NCBI GenBank assembly: GCA_047285535.1
Contig: JBJBDC010000001.1
Span: forward strand, 96,136-160,135
Direction: 5' to 3'
Length of the DNA stretch: 64,000 nt
Source: Synechococcus sp.
GTDB lineage: Bacteria > Cyanobacteriota > Cyanobacteriia > PCC-6307 > Cyanobiaceae
The position numbers and the translations under genes are program-made. Positions 50,941-61,781 of this stretch are shown here, in pieces. The stretch's first letter is position 1. Every line of letters starts with the position of its first letter. The notes under the pieces are model-generated. The model was not told the DNA's origin. It worked only from the letters and a program-made list of their open reading frames with translations, and did not search any database.

Positions 50941-52581
50941 ATGGGCGCTTCCATGAATATTAAGACGGTATTGAATAGTCTTTCAAGGCAATCATTCCTT
51001 ACGTCATTGTTGGCACCGTTTCATTCGCGTGATGTTCGGATTGTGGTTGCCGCATCGGTTGCGATCAATCTGATTGTCCTAGCGATTCCTCTTTACATCA
51101 ATCGCATTTACACATCAGTCGTTCCTCAGCAGGCCAGCGACAGCCTCGCAGGCATCACTCTGCTTCTGGCTGCAGTTTTAGTTCTTGATGTTGTTCTCAA
51201 GGTGTTGCGTGCTTGGGTGGTGACTTGGCTGGCAGCCTCGACTGAACATCGTTTGCGAATGGTTGCCGTTCGTTCTGTGCTCGGGAGTGAGCCGAATGCC
51301 GTGCGCACACAACCTCTCAAGGCCAGGATGGCTCAGTTGCGCAGTCCAACTGTGTTGCGCAATCAACTTGAGCAGCAATGGCTGGTGCGTTATGTGGACC
51401 TTCCCTTCTCCTTGGTGTACTTGCTTTTTCTCGGGTTGATTGGCGGCTGGTTGATGATTCCCCCACTGGTTTTGGCACCTTTTTTTGTGCTTGTGGCACG
51501 GCGTGCCGCTTCCGACGTGGTGGCTAGCACACGAGCGCATCACGATCTGGAGGTCAGCCGAAATCAGATGGTGGTTAACGGGCTTGGACTTTCCCCCACG
51601 ATCAAGACACTCAATCTGGAGGGCTTTTTGATTCGACGGCTCGAACCCTTGCAGGAATCTCTTAGCCGGAGAAGTTATGAAAAAGAATCCGCAACGGCAA
51701 GACTTCAGAATCTCTCTGCCTTGTTTTCTCAACTCAACCAACTGCTCATCGTGAGTCTTGGTGCTTGGCTGGTGATACAGCAAGATCTTTCGACAGGTGC
51801 TCTTGCTGCCTGCACCTTGCTCAGTGGTCAAGTTGCAGCTCCTCTTGGCAAATTATTTGCAGCTGATGGTCAGCAGGCCGCTCTTGAGCAGGCCAATTAT
51901 GACTATCAGCAACTGATTGATCTTCCTCAGGAACAGAATCTTCTCGTCGGAGCTGATCAAACACCTATTGACACAACCTTGTCGTTTCTTGGCAAAGAAC
52001 TGCTACCTGGACAGCTCATGGTCCTTGTCGGTGGGCATCCTGGGCAGTCCACTGCGTTGCTTGATGCCATCCAGGTGGCTGAGGACAATCCTGTCTTAGG
52101 TCTTGCATTTGGAAAGCAATCGCTCTCGACATTCCGTAAAACCTGGCTGAGACGTTCCTTGGCTCGATTGAAATCCTCGCCAGAGCCATTCCGCGGCACC
52201 CTGCTTGAGTCGTTGACAGGCTTTGAGTTAAATACCCGATCTTCTGAAGTTGTGGCCTTATGTCAAGAGCATGGGGTGTCGTCTCTTATTCAGGCTCTGC
52301 CCAGGGGCTACAACACCACGATTGGAGAAAGCCAAGATTTTCCCCTTTCCCTCGGGTTGCGTTTTCGCATCAGTGTGATTCAGGCCTTGTTGGACAAGCC
52401 TTCGGTGTTGCTTTTGGATGGCACCTTCCCACAGCTCACTCCTGACTGTCTGAGTTGGTTTCTGTCTCTGAAGATTCCTTGTTCCAGACTGATCGCTTTG
52501 CAAAGGGCCATTCCAGGACTCCCCTCTGAAATGACCTGTCTTCAGTGGAACGGTGATCGGTTGCAGGAGGTGGCGTTGTGA
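50941..52581 (+). CDS. T1SS-type ABC transporter (TMD plus degenerate, shortened NBD)
   Basis: HlyB-like TMD (INLIVLAIPLY, DLPFSLVY, LSTGALAACTLL), ALPRGYNTTIGE; Walker A region reads GGHPGQST. Confidence 0.85.
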   Translation: MGASMNIKTVLNSLSRQSFLTSLLAPFHSRDVRIVVAASVAINLIVLAIPLYINRIYTSVVPQQASDSLAGITLLLAAVLVLDVVLKVLRAWVVTWLAASTEHRLRMVAVRSVLGSEPNAVRTQPLKARMAQLRSPTVLRNQLEQQWLVRYVDLPFSLVYLLFLGLIGGWLMIPPLVLAPFFVLVARRAASDVVASTRAHHDLEVSRNQMVVNGLGLSPTIKTLNLEGFLIRRLEPLQESLSRRSYEKESATARLQNLSALFSQLNQLLIVSLGAWLVIQQDLSTGALAACTLLSGQVAAPLGKLFAADGQQAALEQANYDYQQLIDLPQEQNLLVGADQTPIDTTLSFLGKELLPGQLMVLVGGHPGQSTALLDAIQVAEDNPVLGLAFGKQSLSTFRKTWLRRSLARLKSSPEPFRGTLLESLTGFELNTRSSEVVALCQEHGVSSLIQALPRGYNTTIGESQDFPLSLGLRFRISVIQALLDKPSVLLLDGTFPQLTPDCLSWFLSLKIPCSRLIALQRAIPGLPSEMTCLQWNGDRLQEVAL

Positions 52582-54716
52582 TCTCCCGCGATGTGTTCTT
52601 CCAGAGGCTCTCTGAAAGTGAATCTTCATCCGCCAGGCTTCTGCCAAAGCTTCTTGATGCTCTGGCATGGTCAGGTGAACTTGTTCAGCTGCGCAATGCT
52701 CTGAGTGGTAGTCCGCTCCACATGGATGGAGTTGATCTTCTCAATACTCTTGCCAATCTTGGTTTCCGATGGGATGTGCGGCGTTTTCGTGGTGTACTTA
52801 CCCCTGAACGTCTACCTCCTCTCGACTTCCCTGTTCTGATTCGCTCGCAGTTCAGCAGTTCTTTTCAGTTGGTCGAAAATGAAGAGGAGCTTCGTCAGGC
52901 TTTGCCGAACCTGCGTCGTCTTTTTGTCTATAGCTTTCGATTCGAGCCGCAGAGATTGGCAGAACAGCGCCAGTGGTTTCAAGCGCTTGTGCTCCGTTTT
53001 CGCGGCAGCATCGCTGAGCTTTACGTGATGAGCCTGCTGATCGCTCTGCTCACGTTAGTTCTGCCCTTTTACATTCGAGCGGTTTACAACCTGGAGATTC
53101 CCGGCGGTCAGATGGGCGATTTGCTGGGGCTTCTTCCCTTTGCACTTCTCGGTGTTCTGCTGCAGGTTTGGTTGACAAACCGCCGTCAGGTTCGGCTTGC
53201 TGATCTTGGCGCTGAGCTTGACATCACGATCAGTATTCGAGTGCTTGAGAAGCTGATGTTGTTGCGTTTACCACAGTTGGAGCGGTACACGCCTCTCTCG
53301 CTTGCGAGTCGTCTACGCAGTTTTCAGGGTCTTCGTTCCTATGTCACAGGGCCTTTGGCTCAAGCCGCTTTGGACCTCCCTTTCATCGTGATTTATCTGA
53401 TCGCGATAGCAGTGATGAGTGTTCCTCTCATGGTGCTCACATTGGTGATGGTCCTAGTTTGTTTTGGTGGAGTTTATTTGGTGGGTCGGATTGCTCGCTC
53501 TATCCAGCAGCCTTTGAGCCGTAACCCCTCCAATCTTGAGCCATTACTTCTCGATCTTCTTGATCATTACGAGCGAATCAAGCGGACCGGTATGGAACGG
53601 ATCTGGCATGCACGCATCGAAAGGGCATCGTCCGAAAGCGCTATTCAAGGTCTTGGTCCGATGCGCCTGCAACAGTTGTTGGCCATTCTCACCGGAGAGT
53701 TTTCTCAGCTCACGGGGGCACTGGTGCTTGCTACGGGCGCAGGGCTCGCGATTGCTGGTGGCAGCGGTATCGAACTGGGCACCATGATTGCGGCAATGTT
53801 TTTCGTCTGGCGTGTGTTTCGGCCGATCCAGATGGGTTATCAGGCCCTCAGTCGCTGGTCGCAGATCAAGCCCAACCTTGATCAACTCAACCGTTTCATG
53901 GCGGCTTCAGATGTTGAGCCCAGTACAACAGTCAGCCAACCCTGGGTTCTGCCAATGCCGGCTGGTCAGGTGGAATTTCAAAATGTCACCTTGCGCCTCA
54001 ATGCTCTGCAGGAACCATCGTTGACACAGGTCAATTTCAAGATAGATGCGGGCAATCTCGTTGTGATTACGGGCCCTGAGGGAGCAGGTACGTCTTCGGT
54101 TCTTCGCTTGCTGGATGGGCAGATTCAACCTGGAAGTGGTGTGATTCGCATCGATGGAACTGACTCGCGTCAGTTTCCATTGATGCAGTTACGACAATCC
54201 ATTGATTTCCTGTCGGACCGTCCCGGTGTGTTCTCGGCCACGTTGCGCGAAAACATGCGAATCGCTGATCCATTTGCTGACGATGCCTTAATCATCAAGA
54301 GCCTTGAATCCATGGGGCTTCAAGTTCTCCTTGAAAACTCCGGATTAGATCGACCTCTTGGAATGAGCGGTAGGGATGCTCTGCCTCTGCATCAACTTCA
54401 AGCCGTTGCGATTGCAAGGATGTTGCTGAAGGAGCAGTCCATTTTCCTTCTTGATCATCCGTTCCGCCTGCTTGATCAACAAGGCTCTGATGCGCTCCTC
54501 CGCCTTTTTGAACAGCGTCGAGGTCAGATCACCATGATCGTTGCTTCAGATGAGCCTCGTTTGCTTGAAATTGCAGACCAAATCATTTTGATGAAGGCAG
54601 GCACTGTGAGTTTCTCTGGTACACCTCAGGATCTAATGGCTGCTCAGAAAAAAGCTGCTATGCAACAAGCTGCAATGGCTGCGATGGGTGGTGGCTCGTC
54701 GCTAGGAACGTCATGA
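52578..54716 (+). CDS. T1SS-type ABC transporter (N-terminal C39-like domain, TMD, degenerate NBD)
   Basis: DLPFIVIYL, VEFQNVTL, GPEGAGTS, VFSATLRENM, AIARML, FLLDHP; GTGA overlap with the upstream ABC gene. Confidence 0.88.
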   Translation: MISRDVFFQRLSESESSSARLLPKLLDALAWSGELVQLRNALSGSPLHMDGVDLLNTLANLGFRWDVRRFRGVLTPERLPPLDFPVLIRSQFSSSFQLVENEEELRQALPNLRRLFVYSFRFEPQRLAEQRQWFQALVLRFRGSIAELYVMSLLIALLTLVLPFYIRAVYNLEIPGGQMGDLLGLLPFALLGVLLQVWLTNRRQVRLADLGAELDITISIRVLEKLMLLRLPQLERYTPLSLASRLRSFQGLRSYVTGPLAQAALDLPFIVIYLIAIAVMSVPLMVLTLVMVLVCFGGVYLVGRIARSIQQPLSRNPSNLEPLLLDLLDHYERIKRTGMERIWHARIERASSESAIQGLGPMRLQQLLAILTGEFSQLTGALVLATGAGLAIAGGSGIELGTMIAAMFFVWRVFRPIQMGYQALSRWSQIKPNLDQLNRFMAASDVEPSTTVSQPWVLPMPAGQVEFQNVTLRLNALQEPSLTQVNFKIDAGNLVVITGPEGAGTSSVLRLLDGQIQPGSGVIRIDGTDSRQFPLMQLRQSIDFLSDRPGVFSATLRENMRIADPFADDALIIKSLESMGLQVLLENSGLDRPLGMSGRDALPLHQLQAVAIARMLLKEQSIFLLDHPFRLLDQQGSDALLRLFEQRRGQITMIVASDEPRLLEIADQIILMKAGTVSFSGTPQDLMAAQKKAAMQQAAMAAMGGGSSLGTS

Positions 54717-54757
54717 GTCGTTGTTGATCCCAGCGCCACAAGTTTTCTATCGCTTCT

Positions 54758-56134
54758 TTGACGATGTCGAGCTCTTCATCTACGTCTCCTTCTTCAACAA
54801 TGACTGATTCAAAGTCGCAGTCCGAGGCCTCTTTATGGCAAATGCAGGCTGATGAAACAGACCAAGCCTTTGGGCATGGTCGTCGTGCCGAAGCTTTGTC
54901 TCTTGAAGCGGGTCAAGTCCCTCCAAATTTGACTCGATGGTTGCTTGGTACTACGGCTGTGATGGCTGGATCTGTTCTTGTTTCGGCTTTGATTCCCATT
55001 CAGAATTACGTTGTGGCCTCAGGGGAGATAGAGCCAGCTGGAGAGATCCAGAAGGTGCAGCATTTAGAAGGCGGAATTATTCGTGCTCAGTTAGTTGAGG
55101 AGGGTGAGAAGGTTCGAAGTGGTGAAGTATTGCTCAAGCTCAGTGAAGGGCAGATTGGATCACAGCAGCAGCAGACGGCGACGCGTGTCACCAATCTCAC
55201 GTTGGAACAGCGTGAGCTACGTAAAGCGCTCGGTCAGGAGGCTCTCAATACTGATGTTCCTACTCCATCGTCACCATCTGAAGAGGTCGCGAGGGCCTTT
55301 TCTGATTTGCTCAAGCAAAAAGCACTTGATATTCAACGCCAAATTGATGTTGCTGATCAGCGTCTTGCCACTCTTCAGGCCAAACGAGAGGAATATCTCG
55401 ATGAAGTCGCTCTTCTGAAGGAGCAAACCAAATCCTATGAATTCCTCGATAATCAAGGGGCAATTTCTCATAACGATGTACTAGAGGCTGAACGCAGAAT
55501 CGCTTCAACCGAAACACTGCTTGCCGAACTCGATGGCACGATTAAAGAAACTGAGACGCAACGATTTGAGCTTCGTTCCAAGTTGCGTACCGATATTCTT
55601 GAGCAATTGGCTGATGTCACGAGTGAAAAAGCAGAGTTGCAGAGCGTTCTCGGTGAGCAACTTGATGCAGTAGAGCGTTTACAAGTGCGCTCCCCAGTTG
55701 ATGGAATTGTCAAGTCCTATACGGTGAAAACGCTGGGCGGTGTTATTGCGCCTGGCAGTGTTGTTGCAGAAGTTGTGCCTGTAGGTGATCAACTTGAAGG
55801 ATTTCTACGTGTCAAACCTGCTGATATTGGCAATGTTCAGAAAGGCCAGAGGGTGCAGCTCAAGGTGTTGGCTTATGACTACAGCCGTTACGGAACAATC
55901 CCAGGTGTAGTTAGATCAATTTCTGCGAGCACGTTTCAAGATGAAAAGACTGGCGAGCCCTATTACAAAGTCCGTGCTGCATTGTCGCGTGATTATGCAG
56001 GCAAGAATGAAGGCTTAAATCTTTTGGTTCCTGGTATGACTCTTACGGCTGACATCCTCACGGATCGTACTAATTTGCTGATGTATTTATTGGGGCCTAT
56101 CAGGCATGGGCTTGGCAACGCTCTTCACGAATAA
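54758..56134 (+). CDS. HlyD family type I secretion periplasmic adaptor (MFP)
   Basis: VQHLEGGII, VRSPVDGIV, YDYSRYGTIPG, LVPGMTLTADI. Confidence 0.95.
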   Translation: MTMSSSSSTSPSSTMTDSKSQSEASLWQMQADETDQAFGHGRRAEALSLEAGQVPPNLTRWLLGTTAVMAGSVLVSALIPIQNYVVASGEIEPAGEIQKVQHLEGGIIRAQLVEEGEKVRSGEVLLKLSEGQIGSQQQQTATRVTNLTLEQRELRKALGQEALNTDVPTPSSPSEEVARAFSDLLKQKALDIQRQIDVADQRLATLQAKREEYLDEVALLKEQTKSYEFLDNQGAISHNDVLEAERRIASTETLLAELDGTIKETETQRFELRSKLRTDILEQLADVTSEKAELQSVLGEQLDAVERLQVRSPVDGIVKSYTVKTLGGVIAPGSVVAEVVPVGDQLEGFLRVKPADIGNVQKGQRVQLKVLAYDYSRYGTIPGVVRSISASTFQDEKTGEPYYKVRAALSRDYAGKNEGLNLLVPGMTLTADILTDRTNLLMYLLGPIRHGLGNALHE

Positions 56135-56322
56135 TGCCATGATTAGATGCTGTCATATCTGATTTAAACCTTTTTAATCAGGAGTTCAAATATATTGAAT
56201 AGCAGTAAGCTTCTGGTAACAGTAATTTGAGGCTGGTTTGAGTATTGCTGCTGATCGATTTGTTTTGCTCTTGCTTTTGATGGGGTTTTCTTTGTGTGTT
56301 TTGAATGAAATTGATGGCCAAT

Positions 56323-56350
56323 AAAAAACCCTCGCTGTAAAGCGAGGGTT
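56323..56350 (-). terminator. Rho-independent terminator of psbDC
   Basis: On the minus strand AACCCTCGCT-TTAC-AGCGAGGGTT followed by TTTT. Confidence 0.85.
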
Positions 56351-56383
56351 GATGATATAGGCGAATTAATGATTAATGGATCA

Positions 56384-57772
56384 TTAGTCGAGATCAGGCA
56401 TTGCCAAGGTGGGTTCTGCTTGACGATCGATTCCTTTTTCAAAACCGGCAGCCGCCGCGCGGGCCCGGCCTGCATGCCAGAGGTGACCAACCAGGAAGAA
56501 GAAGGCGAGCACGAACTGAGCTGCACCCAACCACTGGCGAAGGTTCACGAAGTTCACCGAGTTTGGTTCGGTGATAATGCCTCCAACAGAGTTGAGTGAG
56601 GCATTAGGGGCGTGAGTCATATATTCAGCGGCCCGGCGAACCTGCCAAGGCTGAATATCATTCTGAAGTTTGTCGAGACTGAGGCCATTGGGTCCGCGTA
56701 ACGGCTCCAGCCAAGGACCACGAAAATCCCAGAAACGCATGGTCTCTCCACCAAAGATGATCTCACCCGTCGGGGAGCGCATCAGGTACTTACCAAGACC
56801 TGTTGGGCCCATGGCCGAACCGATGTTGGCTCCCATTCGTTGGTCACGGACTAGAAAAGTGAAACTCTGGGCTTGGGAGGCTTCTGCGTTGGTTGGACCC
56901 CAGAATTCGGAGGGATAGGCGGTGTTGTTGAACCAGATAAAGGCAGAACAAACGAAACTCATGAAGCTGAGAGCTCCAAGGCTGTAGCTCAGATAAGCCT
57001 CACCGTTCCAGATGAAGGCGCGTCGCACCCAGCCGAAAGGCTTGGTAATGACATGCCAAATTCCACCGAAAATGCAGGTCAGGCCGAGCCAGATGTGGCC
57101 ACCGATGATGTCCTCCATGGAGTTCACACCAATGATCCAGCCCTCACCTCCAAAGGGAGCTCTGAAGAGATAACCGAAAATGACACCCGGATCGAGGGTG
57201 GGATTGGTGATCAAACGAACGTCACCGCCTCCGGGTGCCCAAGTGTCATAGACACCACCGAAAAACATCGCCTTGAAGACGAGAAGCAGACAACCCACTC
57301 CTAGAAGAATCAAGTGATAGCCAATGATGTTGGTCATCTGATTCTTGTCTCTCCAGTCCTGGGAGAAGAACGTGGAGTAGTTCTCGAGAATCTCAGGACC
57401 ACGAATAGCGTGATAGAGACCTCCTAAACCAAGAACGGCTGAGCTGATCAGGTGCAGAACACCGACGACAAAGAAGGGGAAGAGATCAGTGACCTCACCG
57501 CCAGGACCAACGCCATAGCCAAGGGTGGCGACGTGGGGCATGCAAATGAACCCCTGCTCGTACATAGGCTTGTCGAAGGTGAAATGACTCACCTCAAAAA
57601 GCATCATGGCGCCAGCCCAGAACACCATCAGACCAGCGTGGGCGACGTGGGCACCCAGCAGACGGCCAGACAGATTGATTAGACGAGCGTTACCGGCCCA
57701 CCAGGCAAAGCCGGTGGAGTCGAGGTCTTTACCGCCAGTGGCGATAAGACCGGAATTAAAGGGCGTTTCCAC
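56384..57772 (-). CDS. psbC: Photosystem II CP43 protein (GTG start overlapping the end of psbD)
   Basis: [44 protein letters not shown]. Confidence 0.99.
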   Translation of the reverse strand: METPFNSGLIATGGKDLDSTGFAWWAGNARLINLSGRLLGAHVAHAGLMVFWAGAMMLFEVSHFTFDKPMYEQGFICMPHVATLGYGVGPGGEVTDLFPFFVVGVLHLISSAVLGLGGLYHAIRGPEILENYSTFFSQDWRDKNQMTNIIGYHLILLGVGCLLLVFKAMFFGGVYDTWAPGGGDVRLITNPTLDPGVIFGYLFRAPFGGEGWIIGVNSMEDIIGGHIWLGLTCIFGGIWHVITKPFGWVRRAFIWNGEAYLSYSLGALSFMSFVCSAFIWFNNTAYPSEFWGPTNAEASQAQSFTFLVRDQRMGANIGSAMGPTGLGKYLMRSPTGEIIFGGETMRFWDFRGPWLEPLRGPNGLSLDKLQNDIQPWQVRRAAEYMTHAPNASLNSVGGIITEPNSVNFVNLRQWLGAAQFVLAFFFLVGHLWHAGRARAAAAGFEKGIDRQAEPTLAMPDLD

Positions 57773-58811
57773 GGGGCAGAACCTCTTCAGGGAAGACGAA
57801 GTTTTCGTGCGGCTGGTCAGCCGGTGCCATCCAGGCACGCAGACCTTCATTCAGAAGAACATTCTTCGTGTAGAAGGTTTCAAATTCAGGATCCTCAGCA
57901 GCGCGAATTTCCTGTGATACGAAGTCGTAGGCACGCAAGTTGAACGCTAAGCCGATGATGCCGATGGAGCTGGTCCACATCCCCATCACTGGCACAAACA
58001 ACATGAAGAAGTGCAGCCAACGCTTGTTGGAGAACGCAATTCCGAAGATTTGGCTCCAGAAACGGTTGGCGGTGACCATGGAATAGGTCTCTTCTTCCTG
58101 GGTGGGTTCAAACGCCTTAAAGGTGTTCGACTGTTCACCATCCTCAAACAATGTGTTTTCCACCGTGGCGCCATGAATGGCGCAAAGCAGTGCACCGCCA
58201 AGAATGCCGGCCACACCCATCATGTGAAATGGATTCAGGGTCCAGTTATGAAAGCCCTGGAGGAACAGCAGGAAGCGGAAAATTGCAGCCACACCAAAGG
58301 AGGGTGCAAAGAACCAGCTGCTCTGTCCCAGGGGATACATCAGGAAGACACTGACGAACACCGCAATCGGACCGGAGAAGGCGATTGCGTTGTAAGGACG
58401 AATACCGACCAGACGGGCAATTTCGAACTGACGCAGCATGAAGCCGATCAAGGCGAAGGCGCCGTGGAGTGCAACGAACGACCAGAGGCCTCCAAGCTGA
58501 CACCAGCGGACAAAATCACCCTGGGCTTCCGGGCCCCAGAGCAAGAGCAGACTGTGACCCATCGCATCAGCGGGGGAGGACACAGCAGCAGTCAAAAAGT
58601 TGCAACCCTCGAGATACGACGACGCAATGCCGTGGGTATACCAGGAAGTTACAAACGTGGTTCCCGTTAACCAGCCACCAATCGAGAGGTAGGCCGTGGG
58701 GAAGAGAAGAATGCCGGACCAGCCGACAAAAACGAAACGGTCGCGTTTAAGCCAGTCATCGAGGACGTCGAACCATCCCCGCTGCGGCATGCGACCTGCA
58801 GCGATCGTCAT
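57756..58811 (-). CDS. psbD: Photosystem II D2 protein
   Basis: [16 protein letters not shown] through [12 protein letters not shown]. Confidence 0.99.
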   Translation of the reverse strand: MTIAAGRMPQRGWFDVLDDWLKRDRFVFVGWSGILLFPTAYLSIGGWLTGTTFVTSWYTHGIASSYLEGCNFLTAAVSSPADAMGHSLLLLWGPEAQGDFVRWCQLGGLWSFVALHGAFALIGFMLRQFEIARLVGIRPYNAIAFSGPIAVFVSVFLMYPLGQSSWFFAPSFGVAAIFRFLLFLQGFHNWTLNPFHMMGVAGILGGALLCAIHGATVENTLFEDGEQSNTFKAFEPTQEEETYSMVTANRFWSQIFGIAFSNKRWLHFFMLFVPVMGMWTSSIGIIGLAFNLRAYDFVSQEIRAAEDPEFETFYTKNVLLNEGLRAWMAPADQPHENFVFPEEVLPRGNAL

Positions 58812-59030
58812 GAGTTGAACGGTGCGGTTAACCCGCATGCAGTGGTTTCCTGGCGACCTTAACAATGTTGTTGGGTGGTTCGGGGTTTAGATGGCTCAGC
58901 TGAAACCCGTTGTATCGGAATGAATCTTCTGGCTTTCTTTTGATTTGCTGCTTCGTTTCGTGGCAGTGCTTTGTCGAGAGCGCCATTCAAAGGGTTCGCG
59001 GTCCACAATGGACTTTGATTTCGGGCTTAG

Positions 59031-59567
59031 ATGACCGCTGACCTGCTCGAACAATCCGTCCTCGGCTCGCGCCGGCTTTCGAACATTTTTGTTGCTTCGA
59101 TGGTCACCATCGGAGGCCTTGGGTTCCTGTTCGCTTCTCTCTCCAGCTATTTAGGCCGGGACCTGCTTCCACTCGGTCATCCAGCCGGATTGGTATTTGT
59201 TCCCCAGGGCTTGGTCATGGGGCTTTACAGCCTCGCGGCAGCTTTTCTCGCCACGTATCTCTGGGCTGTCATCGCTATTGATGTTGGTGCAGGTAGTAAT
59301 CGTTTTGATCGCTCCGCTGGTGTGGTGACTATTTCAAGGCGTGGATTTCGTAAGCCCATCAGCGTGGAGATTCCTTTGAAGGACATCCAGGCGGTGAAAG
59401 TTGAGGTGAGAGATGGATTCAATACACGTCGGCGCGTCTCTCTTCGCGTTCAGGGCCGACGAGATATGCCCCTAACCCGCGTGGGAGAACCTCTCCCCCT
59501 GGCGCAATTGGAACAGGATGGGGCTGAGCTGGCTCGTTTTTTAGGTGTGAATCTCGAAGGACTCTGA
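59031..59567 (+). CDS. ycf4: Photosystem I assembly protein Ycf4
   Basis: [30 protein letters not shown]. Confidence 0.96.
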   Translation: MTADLLEQSVLGSRRLSNIFVASMVTIGGLGFLFASLSSYLGRDLLPLGHPAGLVFVPQGLVMGLYSLAAAFLATYLWAVIAIDVGAGSNRFDRSAGVVTISRRGFRKPISVEIPLKDIQAVKVEVRDGFNTRRRVSLRVQGRRDMPLTRVGEPLPLAQLEQDGAELARFLGVNLEGL

Positions 59568-59574
59568 ATTTCTT

Positions 59575-60264
59575 ATGCAACGCTTCTCTCCACACAAGCT
59601 TGTCTCTCTCGCGTTCTGCTTATTGCTTCTGGTTGGTTGTGCTCCGTCGACTACAGCGTCTGTCCCCGCGGGTTGTAGCCAGTCCAGCAGTCCTTGCCTT
59701 CAAGGTAAAGCCACGGTTGCGCTGACCACTGCCCGTGGGGAGGTCACCCTTGAACTTGATGGGGATGCAGCACCCGTGACGGCGGGTAACTTTGTCGATC
59801 TCGTTAAGCGTGGGGTTTACGACGGCACTGTGTTTCACAGGGTGATTCGTGAGCCAGTGCCATTTGTTGTGCAAGGAGGTGACCCTGCATCAAGTGATCC
59901 CACCACCTTGAAATCTCAGTACGGAACAGGAAGTTTTATTGATGTAAATAGCGGTCAGGCTCGATTTATTCCTCTTGAGTTGTCTTACAAAAATGAGGAT
60001 CAGCCGCGATACAGCCGTGTGAGTACCAATCCAAGTGATATCGAACAGCTCAAGTTGAGTCATCAGCGCGGTGCCCTGGCGATGGCTCGCTCCCAATCTC
60101 CCGATTCAGCCAGTGCTCAGTTCTATATCGCCCTGCGACCTCTCCCAGAACTGGATGGCCGTTATGCCGTCTTTGGACGCGTGACCAAGGGATTGGATGT
60201 GGTGGATCAAATTCAACAGGATGACAAATTAATCAAAGCAAAGCTCCTCACGCCAGGCCTTTGA
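59575..60264 (+). CDS. Cyclophilin-type peptidylprolyl isomerase (lipoprotein)
   Basis: APVTAGNFVDL, FHRV, VVQGGDP, AMARS, SAQFYI, YAVFGRV. Confidence 0.93.
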   Translation: MQRFSPHKLVSLAFCLLLLVGCAPSTTASVPAGCSQSSSPCLQGKATVALTTARGEVTLELDGDAAPVTAGNFVDLVKRGVYDGTVFHRVIREPVPFVVQGGDPASSDPTTLKSQYGTGSFIDVNSGQARFIPLELSYKNEDQPRYSRVSTNPSDIEQLKLSHQRGALAMARSQSPDSASAQFYIALRPLPELDGRYAVFGRVTKGLDVVDQIQQDDKLIKAKLLTPGL

Positions 60265-60273
60265 ACTCAGGCC

Positions 60274-60804
60274 TTAAGCGGGCACTCTTCCACCACTGAC
60301 GGAAGCTTTCAACAATTCAGTGTTGACCCCGGAAGCTCTTTCAAGGGCCACTTTCCCTGTGCGTGCAATCTCCAAAATTCCATAGGGGGTCATCAGGGTT
60401 TCGAGAGCAACTAATTTGCCTGGATCTCCAACCACTTCAAGGGTTAGAGCGTCATCGGCAACATCAACCACCTTGGCTCGGAAGATTTGAACCAATTCAA
60501 GGATCGCGCTCCGTTGTGCCGCTGGTGCCGAAACCTTCATCAGCATCAGTTCTCGCTCCACCGCAGGGAGTTGTGAGAGATCCAGCACCTGCAGCACATT
60601 GACCAACTTGTCGAGCTGTTTGGTCATCTGTTGGAGGGTTTGTTCATCGCCTTCCACCACCATGGTCAGACGGGAGTGGCCGTTGGTTTCAGCGGGGCCG
60701 ACGGCAAGGCTGTCGATGTTGAAGCCACGTCTGGCAAAGAGGCCTGCGATTCGGCTCAGAGCGCCGGATTCGTCCTCCACCAGGACGGACAGGGTGTGCT
60801 TCAT
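60274..60804 (-). CDS. ilvN: Acetolactate synthase small (regulatory) subunit
   Basis: [33 protein letters not shown]. Confidence 0.95.
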   Translation of the reverse strand: MKHTLSVLVEDESGALSRIAGLFARRGFNIDSLAVGPAETNGHSRLTMVVEGDEQTLQQMTKQLDKLVNVLQVLDLSQLPAVERELMLMKVSAPAAQRSAILELVQIFRAKVVDVADDALTLEVVGDPGKLVALETLMTPYGILEIARTGKVALERASGVNTELLKASVSGGRVPA

Positions 60805-61781
60805 GCCCGTTGCTGTGTTTCCAGCGCTCTTGTTCTTCCCAAATTAAGGTCCAGCCAGCACGACAGCTCTTGATGGAAGAGTTCAGGGGTCTCATCGTGC
60901 GGACAATGCCCGCTGCCTTCGAGCACGCTTAGCTTCAGCCATGGATGCTGCAGCTTCAATTGCTCGCCGATCAATGAGGGAACAAAACAGTCCTGACGTC
61001 CCCAAAGAAGTAGTAAAGGGATGTCATCTCCGTGTTCGGCGAAACGTTCAAGCAAAGCGGGTGCTGTAGCCCCACGTGGGCGTAAGGCCATCCCCACACA
61101 CATAGCCCGCAGACTGCGTGCGGCTGTGCGGCGACGGGCCGGTTTGGCAATCAGCTGATGTAATTCCCTGTCGTTCCGGATGGAGCGTGAATAAGCTCCT
61201 TGAAGGCCAAATCGCAGCAAAGCGGTATGGCTAATCAAGGGAATGAGAAGTTCGAGGGGAAGAAGACGGCAGAGCAATTCAATGATTCGAGGACGAAAAC
61301 GGCGGACCAGGCGTGATTGTCGTCGAGGGACCGGTTTGATCAAGGCTGGATCCGGTAGCGGTGCCGCAACCACGGCGATCACCAAATCAGGCCGAAAGAC
61401 TGCAGCGGTAAGGGCGGTGAGACCCCCCAGAGAATTGCCAATCAAAACAGCCGGTTGCTGAACCACCTGTTCAAGGAAGGCTGCTAACTGCCGTGCCCAG
61501 AGACGGTTGTCCAAGCGGATCTGGGGATGAAGTCCTGGTTGATCCGAGCTGCCGAAGCCAATCAAATCAAGGCCGTAGACCCGATATCCATCCTTCACCA
61601 GTGGGGCTGCGTTATGTCGCCAATGGCAGCTGCTTGCACCAAAGCCATGCAAGAGCACCATTGCTGGAGATTGAGGGTCGCCAAGTACACGCCAGTGACA
61701 GCGGTAGCCGTTCCAAATCCATTCGGCACTTTCACCCCAATCGGCGCCGTTGGAGGCAGGCTGGAGAGCGATTGCTTGCAC
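60801..61781 (-). CDS. Alpha/beta fold hydrolase
   Basis: [14 protein letters not shown] nucleophile elbow, WGRQD, GHCPHDE. Confidence 0.92.
   Translation of the reverse strand: MQAIALQPASNGADWGESAEWIWNGYRCHWRVLGDPQSPAMVLLHGFGASSCHWRHNAAPLVKDGYRVYGLDLIGFGSSDQPGLHPQIRLDNRLWARQLAAFLEQVVQQPAVLIGNSLGGLTALTAAVFRPDLVIAVVAAPLPDPALIKPVPRRQSRLVRRFRPRIIELLCRLLPLELLIPLISHTALLRFGLQGAYSRSIRNDRELHQLIAKPARRRTAARSLRAMCVGMALRPRGATAPALLERFAEHGDDIPLLLLWGRQDCFVPSLIGEQLKLQHPWLKLSVLEGSGHCPHDETPELFHQELSCWLDLNLGRTRALETQQRA

Noticed and set aside
56164..58750. ORFs overlapping or antisense to psbC/psbD (e.g. 56164..56526, 56873..57304, 58011..58670)
   Set aside because: They overlap highly conserved photosystem genes and show no recognisable protein features.
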